Shown: positions 10,373-20,436 of the stretch, in pieces
How positions within the stretch are numbered: position 1 is the stretch's first letter
Layout: each line of letters opens with the position of its first letter
Origin: Candidatus Marinacidobacterales bacterium
Lineage (GTDB): Bacteria; Acidobacteriota; Vicinamibacteria; Marinacidobacterales; DATDRI01
Assembly (NCBI GenBank): GCA_965219415.1
Contig: CBDCNP010000002.1
Coordinates: 4,288,001 to 4,352,000, forward strand
DNA length: 64,000 nt
Direction of reading: 5' to 3'
Translations under genes and position numbers: made by a program
Notes under the pieces: model-generated
What the model saw: the letters and a program-made list of their open reading frames with translations, nothing else
Told to the model about the DNA's origin: nothing
The model's database searches: none

Positions 10373-10690
10373 ATGATCAGAATCTCGGTCCTCTATCCTC
10401 ACGAGTCGGGTGCGCGATTCGACCATCAGTACTACTCGACGACCCACGTCCAACTGATCAAGGAGAAGCTCGGGCCCGCCGGTTTGGTGCGCGTGGAGAT
10501 CGACCGCGGGGTTGCGGGAGAATCGGAAGGAGCACCGGCACCGTATACCGCCGTCGGACACCTGGTGTTCGAGTCGCTCGAGGCCTTCGGTTCGGCCATG
10601 GCCGCTCACGGGGAGGCGCTGGCCGCCGATATGCCGAACTACACGGACCTCAAACCGTCGGTTCAGATTAGCGAGATCCTCCACAGCTAG
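10373..10690 (+). CDS. EthD family protein
   Basis: SVLYP...FDHQYY...H...DMPNYTD..P..QISE pattern; AAGGAG RBS. Confidence 0.85.
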   Translation: MIRISVLYPHESGARFDHQYYSTTHVQLIKEKLGPAGLVRVEIDRGVAGESEGAPAPYTAVGHLVFESLEAFGSAMAAHGEALAADMPNYTDLKPSVQISEILHS

Positions 10691-10702
10691 AGCGACTCGG
10701 AG

Positions 10703-11162
10703 TCATCTCCAACTCAGGGTGTCGTAGCGTTCGCCGGCTTTCATCACCAAGTGGATCTTGTGCCAGGCCCAGCGCTTTTCGAGCGGGTTGGCTTCGAGAG
10801 AGATGATGTCGGCCAACTTCCCAGGCTCCAAGGTACCCAGGTCGTCCCCTATGCCGATGTTCTGGGCGCCGACCGCGGTGCCAGCACGGATGGCATCCAT
10901 CGGCGTGAAACCGCCCTCGATCAAGAACTCGATGGCGTTTCCGATGCCGCCGATGTAGAGCGGATCCATCCCCAGGCTTACCGGGATACCAGCTTTGAAG
11001 GCGGCCAAGACCTGAGTCTGTTGTGTCCGGATGGAAGGGGAAAAATCGCGTCCCCGGCGATTCTCGTCGAAGTCATCGTAGGGACGATCTTCGGTCTCGA
11101 CTTCGGGGTGGGCCTTCCGATGCTCGAAGTATTGTTTCTTCTCGAAGTCGATCCATTCTCCT
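10703..11162 (-). pseudogene. Amidohydrolase 3' fragment, paralogue of 20835-22262
   Basis: Near-identical C-terminal protein sequence; 5' part replaced by the IS at 11163. Confidence 0.85.
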
Positions 11163-12485
11163 CGTATTGTGCCAAAACCCGATCGGCCGACTTTATCAAT
11201 ATTAAGCCGCGCCCGCGGGGCTTTGAACCGAACGCGGTGATTCGGGGCAGATCGAACTTCGATGCGGGACGTCCGTGCTCAGAACCCAGTGGAAACGATA
11301 TCCCGGTCCGCTTACGCTGCCTCTCGATAGTAATACCGGAGCGTTCCGCCGAGCCGCTCCCGACATTCGATGCGACCGTCGGACCGGCAGGATTCCCGCG
11401 ATGGCGTGATGAGTTCGTTATCAAGACCTTGGTGATTCCTCTCCAGATGATAATGGGCGACGAAAGCGCGAATACTCGCGCGGAGGTGATTCTCTCCCAG
11501 AGGTATCATGCGGCTAAGGCACTCACTCTTGATGGATCTAACAAAACGTTCGGCGTAGGCGTTCAGATCCGGGCTTCTCGCCGGCAGCTTCACCGTCTCC
11601 ACATCGACGCCACGAAGTGTCGCGCGGAATGATGCTGAGAACAACGGGTCGCGGTCATGGATGAGAAAGCGAGTGTCTCGAAGAAAGCCATCAATCGCGT
11701 CCGTCAGGTTTCGCGCTATTTGCGTCATCCAGTCGTCGTAGGGCTGATTAGTGATGCCTGCGATCTCGACGCGGCGCGTCTTGAGGTCGATAACGAAGAG
11801 CACGAAGTAGCGAATCAGCCCGCTGCTGGTTAGCACCTCAACCGTGAAGAAATCGGTCGCCGCGATGGCTCCCCAATGAGCTTTCAAAAACGTACCCCAT
11901 GGGATTCGCTTGCGGCGCTCCGGTGCAGACTCGATTCCGTGCTCCGCGAGGATGCGCTTCACCGTGTTTCGGCCGACGTCGTGGCCCAGGTTAACGAAGA
12001 GCGCCGCAAATCCTTGTATAGCCCCAGGTTGAATTTTGGGTTGCCATCCTGACGACGAGCTCGCGTATCGTTTCTGCCACGCGAGGCGGTCCCGGACCGC
12101 GGCGCTTGCTCCCGTCGTACTTCTTCGCGATCAGCCGTGTGTACCAGCGCAACAGTGTGTCGGGCGTGACCAGGCCTGCAACCTCCTTCAGCCCATCCCT
12201 GCCCAACGCTCTCGCTTTCGCCGCAAGACGCCGCCGCTGCTCATCGGTGAAACGCAGTCGGCGTCCACCCAATTGTTCCCGGAGAACGCGATTCTCTTCC
12301 TTCAGGTATTCGATCGCATCCTGTTGGAACCGGTTGACCCAGCCGGCGAGGGTCACGACGAGCAACTGCCAAAGGTGAGGCTGCATGGACCGGATTCTAC
12401 CGGCTCTCGGTGCTGGCATCGCCGCGGCCCACAAGGGCCTACTAATACTCGATATCCGGAGTCGGCCGAGTTTTGGCACAGTACG
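11163..12485 (-). mobile_element. rve/DDE IS (lineage G), full length with frameshifted transposase (11312-12386)
   Basis: TIRs CGTA(T/C)TGTGCCAAAAC; ATDFF/HDRD/AERFVRSIKSE. One extra T near 11992 breaks GALRNLGH. Confidence 0.85.
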
Positions 12486-12501
12486 CGGGCCGATCATCAC
12501 C

Positions 12502-12682
12502 TGTGCCTTCTATTTATTCATCCGGGCGCCCCGAACTTGATTAGTCTCCGGTCTGTCGGCACCATACCTGCTTGATTTCGTCGTTTGTTCGTGCTCTCAT
12601 CTCCGCCTTCAAGGCTCATCGCGAGCTGGCTCTCGACGAGCCTTGAAGGCAGAGATGAGAGAGCGAACAAACTACAAAATCA
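12502..12682. mobile_element. Lineage E end with head-to-head inverted duplication
   Basis: TGTGCCTTCTATTT at 12502; arms 12573-12625 and 12630-12682 are imperfect reverse complements. Confidence 0.75.
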
Positions 12683-13467
12683 TGATGAATCGAGATGCTT
12701 GGGACCCGGAACAATATGGACGCTTTCGACGCGAGCGAAAACAACCCTTCTTCGATCTATTGGCTCTTGTTCGTCCCAAATCCAGAATGCGCATCGTGGA
12801 CCTGGGATGCGGTCCGGGGGAGTTGACGGACGAGCTACACCGACGGCTGAGCGCTCACGAAGCGCTTGGGATCGATATCTCGGAGGCCATGCTTCGAGAA
12901 GCCGATGGTCGGGAAGGCGAGGGGCTAAGTTTTCGACAACAGGACATAGCCGATTTCGCCGATTCGTCCGAAGGGGCTGCCTATGACTTGGTCTTCTCGA
13001 ACGCCGCCCTGCAATGGGTTCCCGATCACCGAGAACTGATTTCGAGGCTCACCGAAGCGCTGGCCGAGGACGGGCAGCTTGCGATACAGGTGCCCGCAAA
13101 CTTCGACCACGTCTCTCACGAGACCGCCAGTGAGATTGCGGGGGGAATCGCCCTTCCGGGAAGCACTCGGGGGCTTCACTCATCCGCTATTCGTTCTTCA
13201 GCCGGAGGCCTATGCGTCTCTTCTCGACGAACTCCGCTACCGAGAGCAGCACGTCAGGCTTCAGGTCTACTCCCACCGGCTCGGATCGAGAGAAGAGGTG
13301 GTGGAGTGCTCAAGGGCTCGCTACTTACACTCTACGAAAGCCGGCTGACCGGTGAGCTATTCGAGCGTTTTATCGCGAGCTACCGTGATCGGTTGCTGCC
13401 CCGGTTGCGCGATGGGCGGCCGTTCTTCTTTACTTTCAAGCGTATCTTGATCTGGGCGGCACGCTGA
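12682..13467 (+). pseudogene. tam: Trans-aconitate 2-methyltransferase-like, two compensating frameshifts
   Basis: WDPEQYGRF..ER.QPFFDLL, DLGCGPG, FSNAALQWVPDH. The native-looking middle part lies in the frame of ORF 13079..13348. Confidence 0.75.
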
Positions 13468-13572
13468 ACAGAACCCGTCGCGTCCGAAAATTCGGTGCTT
13501 CCGCCATCAAGTGTTGCTACGCGGCTGCGGGCAGTGGTACAGGTGCGGAAGAGACCGGGTTGCGCGCCCTAC

Positions 13573-13816
13573 GGTGCTTCCGCCATCAAGTGTTGCTACG
13601 CCGTGTTTGAATGCTAATGTCAGCTGGCCTGCCTGTGTCGGCGAACGCCATTAATGAGGATGTCGGCGTGCACACGAAGGTGTCCCTGAATGTCAGGCAC
13701 CGTGTGGTCAGCCCAGCCCGCATCGCCGAAAGAACTGCGTCTCCCGAAATCAGGCTCAAACTCTAGCACACGAGCGGGTTACGCGGCAGCCACCAACACT
13801 TGATTGCGGAAGCACC
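13573..13816. mobile_element. ~245-bp IS1-type MITE
   Basis: Both IS1 termini; inverted homologue at 28949-29194. Confidence 0.8.
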
Positions 13817-14370
13817 ACGCAACGATTGACCGTGTGTTCAAAGAATACGAGCAGTATCTGCGGGACTGGCCGTCCGTCGTTAATCGGCACAGGCGGAGCT
13901 TGAAGCTGACATTCGTGCTGGACAACGCGGGCACAGCACCAGCCGATAGCGTGCATGTACGGTTCTGGACAGAAGCCGATGGCGTATGGCTGGAGGAACT
14001 GCCCGACGTGCCGCAACTGCCCGCGATGCCCAAGAGGCGCGGCCCGTTCGACCTGGGCTTTGACTTTCGGGCGCCGCTGTACAACGCAACCCATCTGCCC
14101 CAGCTCGACCGCGACATGGAAGGCCCCACCATTACGGACGACGAACCGAAGCAGGTCAAGTTCTGGATGAAACGCGTGATGCATCATTTACCGGTGAAAC
14201 TGCCAGCGGTGCATTTTCAGTTCCGCGCGGATGAGAGTGTCAAGTCATTCGGCATTAACTATCAGTTGGTCGCGGCGAACATCCGGAAACCTAAGACGAA
14301 CGTTCTCCACGTGAAGCTGTCAATGGCCGCGCCCATGGCGCCGCCGCTGCCGGGCAGCGAAGCGGACTAG
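13817..14370 (+). pseudogene. 5'-truncated hypothetical protein
   Basis: Long open, protein-like frame starting directly at the MITE end. Confidence 0.5.
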
Positions 14371-15132
14371 TAGGTAGGGTGTGCGCCGCAGCGGTCATTC
14401 CAACTGACGCATGACAAAACAACTCCAGCGCTTCTTTCCATTCGGCCTCTTTCGATTGCACGAATATGGCGATCGCGCTCCTGCATGGCGGTGTTCGAAT
14501 TCTGACTGAGCGTAGCGTTTCGTTGCGGCGGAATCACCACGCGCGTCCTTCGTCCTGGGCTGTGCGCTTCGATGGCTTCGTAGACCGCTTCCTTGTCGTA
14601 TGCACTGTCCGCCACCACCGACGCTAGAGGTGCTTGAATCTGTGTTAGCAAAGGGGGGACTCGCGTTGCGTCGCGAGCTCGTGACGCCGTCAGTTCCGAC
14701 GCAACAATGTTGCCGGTCTTGCGATCAACGGCGATGTGCAACTTGCGCCAGGCGCGCTGCTTTGGCGGTTTGCGGGCGGTTCCAACATGAATCCTCAAGC
14801 CCGTGCTATCGAGCATTAGGTGGATTGATTGCTTGCTTGCGGCTTTCCCAATCCGCCGCTTCTTGCAGAGCAGCCTCGACCGCCGACACCACGTCGAGTA
14901 GTCCGGGAGCTCGATACACAGCCGGAGAAGCGAGGCGATCGAGTGCAAGAAACCCTCGGTTTGGCGGTAGGCAAGCTTGTACACCATCCGGACAACCAAG
15001 CCCGTTTCAATCGCCATCTCTGAATAGACCCGTTGACCGCCAGGCTTACCGCTCTTGTCGGCCTTCCAGTTCGCGATTGCCTCCTCGTCAAACCAGACCT
15101 TCAAATCGCCCCGGCGGCGCAGCCCTTCGTTG
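14367..15132 (-). pseudogene. IS5-family (IS903 group) transposase, truncated at both ends
   Basis: NEGLRRRGDLKVWF, PDYST, LDSTGL, WRKLH, ADSAYD. N-terminus cut by the MITE TIR at 15133. Confidence 0.85.
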
Positions 15133-15146
15133 GGTACTGTCAAGTT

Positions 15147-15375
15147 TTTCACGGCCTGACGGCCACCCCGAATGAATGAAACGCGGTAGTCTCTGTAGGT
15201 GGCACCGGCTCAGAGGTCGGCTCAACGTTGGTGCGACTGAGCCCGTTGTCAAGTTTGGCTGGGAGTCCTGCGCGTACCCCAAATGGCGTTTTCTATTCCA
15301 GCTGGGATAGTTGAGCGCGTCTATTAGATTACAAGTTCGTGGGCTCCACGCCGGTGCGACGTGAAGGAGGCTGCG
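15147..15375 (+). ncRNA. Candidate IS110 bridge RNA region, copy 2
   Basis: Target-like TGTCAAGTT at 15247-15255 and donor-like TATTAG at 15322-15327. Stems GCACCGGC/GCCGGTGC, GGCTCAG/CTGAGCC and CTATTCCA/TGGGATAG. Confidence 0.65.
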
Positions 15376-16614
15376 ATGAGAGTGGTTCATAAGCGATGCG
15401 CCGGATTGGACGTCCACCAGAAATCGATTACGGCTTGCGTGCGGGTTGCGTTGAAGCGGAAGGTGGTACGCGAGACGCGTGTGTTCGGTACAGCCACGAG
15501 CGAATTGCTGGAAATGGCGGATTGGCTGGGGCAGAGCGGTTGCACGATTGTAGCGATGAAAGCGACCGGAGTGTATTGGAAGCCGGTGTGGCATGTGCTC
15601 GAAGGTCATTTCGAGTTGGTGTTGGCACAACCGGCCCACATCAAGAACATGCCGGGTCGTAAGAGCGATATCAGTGATGCCTTCTGGATAGCGGATTTGC
15701 TTGCCCATGGTCTCATTCGTGCTAGCTTCGTTCCGCCAACACCGATCCAGGAACTGCGAGAGCTGACCCGAACGCGAAAGCAGTTCGTTCGAGAAATCGC
15801 TCGGGAGACCCAACGGATTCAAAAGACGTTGGAAGATGCGAACATCAAATTGACGAGCGTGATGAGCAGCATTTTAGGAGTAAGCGGGCGAGCGATTATC
15901 CGAGGGATCATTGCGGGAGAAAGCGACCCTCACAAGCTGAGCGAGCTTGGCTCGAGCCGACTCAAAGCCACTGAACAGGAATTGAGCGCAGCGCTCGAGG
16001 GCCACGTTACCGACCATCATCGTTTCCTGTTGGGTTTTCATCTCCATCACATCGAGCAGCTTGAAGCCTCAGTGAGCGCGCTCGAGTCCCGTATCACAGA
16101 GAGCCTGCGCCCTTTTCGACCGGCCGTCGAGCTTCTGGTGACGATCCCGGGCATCAGTGAAGCCACGGCGGCCATTCTCGTCGCCGAGATCGGACCCGAT
16201 GTGTCGGCTTTCCCAACCGCCGGACACCTTCGCTCTTGGGCCGGTCTGTGCCCACGGCTTCATGAAAGTGCCGGTAAACGCTTTTCTCAGAAAACCCGCA
16301 AAGGCGCTCCATGGCTCAAGACCGCTCTTGTCCAAGCCGCTTGGGCGGCAAGCCGCAAGCGCGACAGCTATCTGCGTGCCCAGTTCTTCCGGCTTAAGTC
16401 TCGTCGCGGCCCCAAGAAAGCTGTGGTCGCCGTCGCCGCCTCCATCATCACTGCCGTCTACTACATGCTCCACAACGAGATTCCATACCGGGAACTGGGT
16501 GCCGATTACTTCCATCAACGCGACAAAGACCAGCTCACAAAACGAATGACACGACGCCTGAGGGAGCTCGGTTTTGACGTCACTCTCACACCTCTTGCCA
16601 ACGCTACACCCTGA
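15376..16614 (+). CDS. IS110 recombinase, full length, catalytic E changed to K
   Basis: AMKATG in place of the AMEATG seen in copies 1 and 3. Confidence 0.9.
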   Translation: MRVVHKRCAGLDVHQKSITACVRVALKRKVVRETRVFGTATSELLEMADWLGQSGCTIVAMKATGVYWKPVWHVLEGHFELVLAQPAHIKNMPGRKSDISDAFWIADLLAHGLIRASFVPPTPIQELRELTRTRKQFVREIARETQRIQKTLEDANIKLTSVMSSILGVSGRAIIRGIIAGESDPHKLSELGSSRLKATEQELSAALEGHVTDHHRFLLGFHLHHIEQLEASVSALESRITESLRPFRPAVELLVTIPGISEATAAILVAEIGPDVSAFPTAGHLRSWAGLCPRLHESAGKRFSQKTRKGAPWLKTALVQAAWAASRKRDSYLRAQFFRLKSRRGPKKAVVAVAASIITAVYYMLHNEIPYRELGADYFHQRDKDQLTKRMTRRLRELGFDVTLTPLANATP

Positions 16615-16943
16615 GTTTCTTATTAGTTGAGGCATTCAGCGCCGATCCGACCCCAAGATGGTATTGGTCAACAGCCCGACGATAGACCTTCACATGGCGG
16701 CTCTTGTCGAAGTCTCGACGGTCGACTGTGAAGCCCCTCAGAATGTTGATGCAATCGTCCATGTGCTGCATCAGGCCCTGGACCCACGAGATGATGGGCC
16801 GAGAAGCTATCGAGTACACGCGGGGCAAGGAAGTTGCGGATGCGCTAGACACCTTCCTAGCCGAGTACGACAAGACCACGACATCTAGTGAGCGGTCCAA
16901 CCAAGAGATATAGTAGCGTAAAATCGCATGATGGAGACGTTGC

Positions 16944-18197
16944 GTGCTTAGCCCGCTGCACGACTGGCTGCTTAAGTGGGGGATGAGCGAGGCGGGCGCC
17001 ACGCTGCTGACACAGCTTGGAGGCGTCCTGCTCGTCCTGTTCGTCGCCCTGATCGCCAACCGTATCACCAAGAGTGTCGTGGTTCGCGGTATCGCGCGGC
17101 TCGCGCGACGGACGAACTCGAGTTGGGACGACGTCGTGATGCAGCACCGCGTGTTACAACGGGTGTCACATCTCGCGCCGGCGCTGGTGATCTACCACTT
17201 CGCGACTCCGGTGCTCACCGGATACGACCAGCTGACAGCCGTCGTGCGGCAGGGGGCGCTCATCTCCATGATCGTCATCGCGGCGCTGGCGGCCGACAGC
17301 GTTGTGAACGTGGGGATCGAAATCGTCCGGGGTTCGCGGCTCCCGCGGGAGCTACCGGTGCGGAGCATCGCCCAGGTGCTCAAGCTGGTGGTGTACGCCG
17401 TAACGGCCATCAGCGTCCTGTCGCTCGTCCTCGGCCGCTCGCCGCTGCTGCTGTTGAGCGGCCTCGGCGCGATGAGTGCGGTGACTATGCTTATCTTCAA
17501 GGACGCCATTCTTGGCTTCGTCGCCGGCATCCAGCTGTCGGCGAACCGAATGGTCTCGCGGGGCGATTGGATCGAGATGCCGAAGCACGGCGCCGACGGC
17601 GACGTGCTCGATGTGGGATTGACGACAGTGAAGGTGCAGAACTGGGACAAGACGATCACCACGATTCCCACCTACGCGCTGATTGTGGAATCGTTCAAGA
17701 ACTGGCGCGGCATGGCGGAATCGGGTGGCCGGCGCATCAAGCGAGCCCTCTACATCGACGTCGGCTCCATTCGTTTCTGTGACGAGGAGATGCTGGCGCG
17801 CTTCTCGAAAATTCAGTACATCGCCGACTATCTGAAGGCCAAACGAGAGGAAATTGCAAGCTGGAACGCGGAGCGCGGGGTCGAACCGGCGAGCTTGGCC
17901 AACGGCCGCCATTTGACGAACGTCGGCACGTTTCGCGCCTATGTTGTCGCGTACCTTCGCCACCACCCGATGGTGTACCAGGACATGACGTTCCTAGTCC
18001 GGCAGCTGGCGCCGACCGAGCACGGGCTCCCGATCGAGGTCTACGTCTTCAGCCGCGATCAGGTCTGGAGCCGCTACGAGGCGATCCAGGCGGACATCTT
18101 CGACCACCTGCTAGCGGTGGTACCGGAGTTCGACCTGCGAGTGTTCCAGAGTCCGTCGGGGCGCGACGTGGAGCGGGCGATCGGCACCTGCTTATAA
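16944..18197 (+). CDS. MscS-family mechanosensitive channel (YbdG-like)
   Basis: FKDAILGFVAGIQLS, GDWIEMP, VKVQNWDKTITTIPTY, GGRRIKR. Confidence 0.92.
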   Translation: MLSPLHDWLLKWGMSEAGATLLTQLGGVLLVLFVALIANRITKSVVVRGIARLARRTNSSWDDVVMQHRVLQRVSHLAPALVIYHFATPVLTGYDQLTAVVRQGALISMIVIAALAADSVVNVGIEIVRGSRLPRELPVRSIAQVLKLVVYAVTAISVLSLVLGRSPLLLLSGLGAMSAVTMLIFKDAILGFVAGIQLSANRMVSRGDWIEMPKHGADGDVLDVGLTTVKVQNWDKTITTIPTYALIVESFKNWRGMAESGGRRIKRALYIDVGSIRFCDEEMLARFSKIQYIADYLKAKREEIASWNAERGVEPASLANGRHLTNVGTFRAYVVAYLRHHPMVYQDMTFLVRQLAPTEHGLPIEVYVFSRDQVWSRYEAIQADIFDHLLAVVPEFDLRVFQSPSGRDVERAIGTCL

Positions 18198-18445
18198 TAA
18201 GCGCGACGCCCGTCCGTGTCCGAAAACGCGAACGGAGCCGAAATCTCGAACCCTAGAGGCGTTCTCGAAATTCGCGGAGACCAGCCGACGCGGCACTGGC
18301 TCTGCGATAGGCGCGCCCGAGCAGAGCTCTCCTCCAGACCATCTGTTCCGTCCAACTGGTGCGCCCGAACTCCTATGCAGCGTCGCGGTGGTAGTAACGG
18401 AGCAAGCCCGCCCAATCACTTACGACTGTGAGCATGATAGTGGGG

Positions 18446-18558
18446 TAAGTTACAGCCAAAATAGCGCTCGTGACCTTCGCTGCGCGCTAAATGGAGCGTA
18501 AGCGCTTCTTTTGCAAAGGGATGCGTACACATCACCAACAGTAAACAGCGCAAGCACC
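18446..18558. mobile_element. 166-bp IS1-type MITE, partial copy; a lineage D left end follows to about 18637
   Basis: Matches part of the other copies. Confidence 0.75.
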
Positions 18559-18722
18559 AGTTTCGCCGTCTTCGGCCCGGAATTCAAGCGGAGCGTAAGT
18601 CCTTGATTTCGTGGGCGGAGCAGTTTTGACGATGCACAGGCAGTGACGCCCTGATATGCGCGATCTTCTTTTTTGCGGATCACAGCACCGGCCCGAAAGG
18701 GCTGGCTTTTCTGCTTCCGGCC

Positions 18723-19463
18723 CTATGTTTTGGAGGTCAGGGACGCACGAATACCGGGGTAAGCGACTCGGCTGTGGGTGAGCCCGGCATCCAGGAGAAC
18801 CGCCAGTGTATGGATGGTGACGGCAAGCGGGTCGATGAGGGGCACTCTCAACTTCATGGCCTCTAGTTTCTTCCGGAGATCTCTGGCAAGAAACGCGAAC
18901 CCCGTGCAGCAAAGCACCAGCGTGTCAGCATTCGCTCCGCAGATCGCTCTCCGGGCCGCTTCGACCAGTAAAGCTGTGGTTCGTCCCGGATCGGCCCCTA
19001 TCTCATCGGGCGGAATACCAACTACTTCGCAGGACGCGAGCCGCGCGCCCAGCCCTACCTTCTCCGCCTGTTCCTCGAAATAACGCGCAGAGAACTCGCT
19101 GGTCACCAGGAGACTAAACCGTCGCCCCACCAAGGTGGCCACATGCATCGAGGTTTGGCCGGGCCCGAGCACCGGGATGGCAACATTCTCGCGCATCTCC
19201 CGCACGCCGGGATCGGCCATGCAGTTGACGACGATTCCTTCCACCCCTTCCCGCTCGGCCTTCACGGCATTCGTGATGAGCTGGGGTACAGAAAGGCTGA
19301 GCGTGGTGACGGATTCCGTTGTTTCGAGCTCCGGTTCCCCTTCTGGGTAGCCTACGCTGAGGGTCAAACCCTCGCCGCCATAGCGCTCGTTTACTTGGCG
19401 ATGCAGTTCCTCCGACCGATCTTTCTTTGGCACGAAGGCCCCAACTAGTCTGATGTGTTTCAT
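18723..19463 (-). CDS. Asp/Glu/hydantoin racemase family protein
   Basis: VVNCMADPG and LVLCCTG catalytic cysteine motifs. Confidence 0.9.
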   Translation of the reverse strand: MKHIRLVGAFVPKKDRSEELHRQVNERYGGEGLTLSVGYPEGEPELETTESVTTLSLSVPQLITNAVKAEREGVEGIVVNCMADPGVREMRENVAIPVLGPGQTSMHVATLVGRRFSLLVTSEFSARYFEEQAEKVGLGARLASCEVVGIPPDEIGADPGRTTALLVEAARRAICGANADTLVLCCTGFAFLARDLRKKLEAMKLRVPLIDPLAVTIHTLAVLLDAGLTHSRVAYPGIRASLTSKT

Positions 19464-19567
19464 TCGAGACTACCCAAAATGATACTACCACTCCCCGGGC
19501 CGGCGCAATCACTGCTTACGGTCGTCGAGCTTGCCCAGACGAGCCAAGCTGTTCGCAAGGTGGAGCC

Positions 19568-19623
19568 TGTGCTCCGCAAAAAGTCGATCCAGCGGTACGC
19601 GATCTTCTTTTTTTAGGATCACA
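19568..19623. mobile_element. 56-bp minimal element made of the two lineage F ends
   Basis: TGTGCTCCGCAAAAAG ... CTTTTTTTAGGATCACA. Solo ends at 5965-5993, 6805-6820, 18655-18684, 27129-27160, 29286-29312 and 56871-56897. Confidence 0.65.
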
Positions 19624-19769
19624 GCCCCGAATTCCCGAACTTCCAACATCGGGACACACAGACACTAAGCTGCTGATTGATGGTCTATTTCAAAAGAGCC
19701 GAATTTTGGCACAGGACGCCCTCGACTACGATGCCCGAGACACGTAACGACACACTGACAGAGTTGAAC

Positions 19770-20436
19770 AGGTCTGTCGCAGCGATAGCGCCCCAATGAG
19801 CCTTGATGAAGGTGCTCCACGACATGCTCTTGCCCCGCTCCGGGGCAGGCGCGATACCGTGGTCGGCGAGGATCCTCTTGATAGTGTTGCGTCCGAGTTC
19901 TCATGTCCTAGGTTCTTGAGTGCGCCTTGCAGGCGCGTATATCCCCACGTCGGGTTCTCCTGCGCCACGCGCACAATGAGCTCACGGATGTCCTTCGCCG
20001 TCGGAGGTCGGCCTGGGCTCCGGTTCTTGCTGCCATCGTACTTGGCTGCGATGAGGCAGCGGTACCAACGCAGAAGCGTAGCGGGTGTGGCAACGGACGC
20101 AATCTGGGCCAGCGCCTCCCGGCCCAAAGCCTGGGCCTTGACCGCGAGCCTGCGCCGCTCGTCGTCCGAGAGCCTGAGACGCTTGCCCCGAAGCCCGGCT
20201 CGGAGCACACGGTTCTCCTCTCGCAGGTAATCAATCACATCCTGCTGCTGGCGGTTGACCCAGCCAGCCAGAACGAGCAGTAGGAATTGCACGTGGTACG
20301 TCATGATGGCTCCGAAGATAACACCCTCGGGCCAGGCGATTGTGAAGCCCACGGCCCTTGGCCCGGTCGTAAAACACAGACTCTAAGCTGTTGATTTATG
20401 GCCTATTTCAAAAGGGCCGAGTTTTGGCACAGGACG
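19770..20436 (-). mobile_element. rve lineage A left end plus truncated transposase
   Basis: MTYHVQFLLLVLAGWVNRQQQDVIDYLREENR; terminus at 20436. Confidence 0.8.

Larger units (their letters stand above)
15143..16626 (+). mobile_element. IS110-family element copy 2, in MITE TIR
   Basis: GGTACTGTCA|AGTTTTTCAC ... TTCTTATT|AGTTGAGGCATTCAG. Confidence 0.9.

Noticed and set aside
16595-16626. Sigma70 promoter at the IS110 right end or circle junction (TTGCCA)
   Set aside because: No good -10 hexamer at 16-18 bp spacing, so it cannot be supported from sequence.
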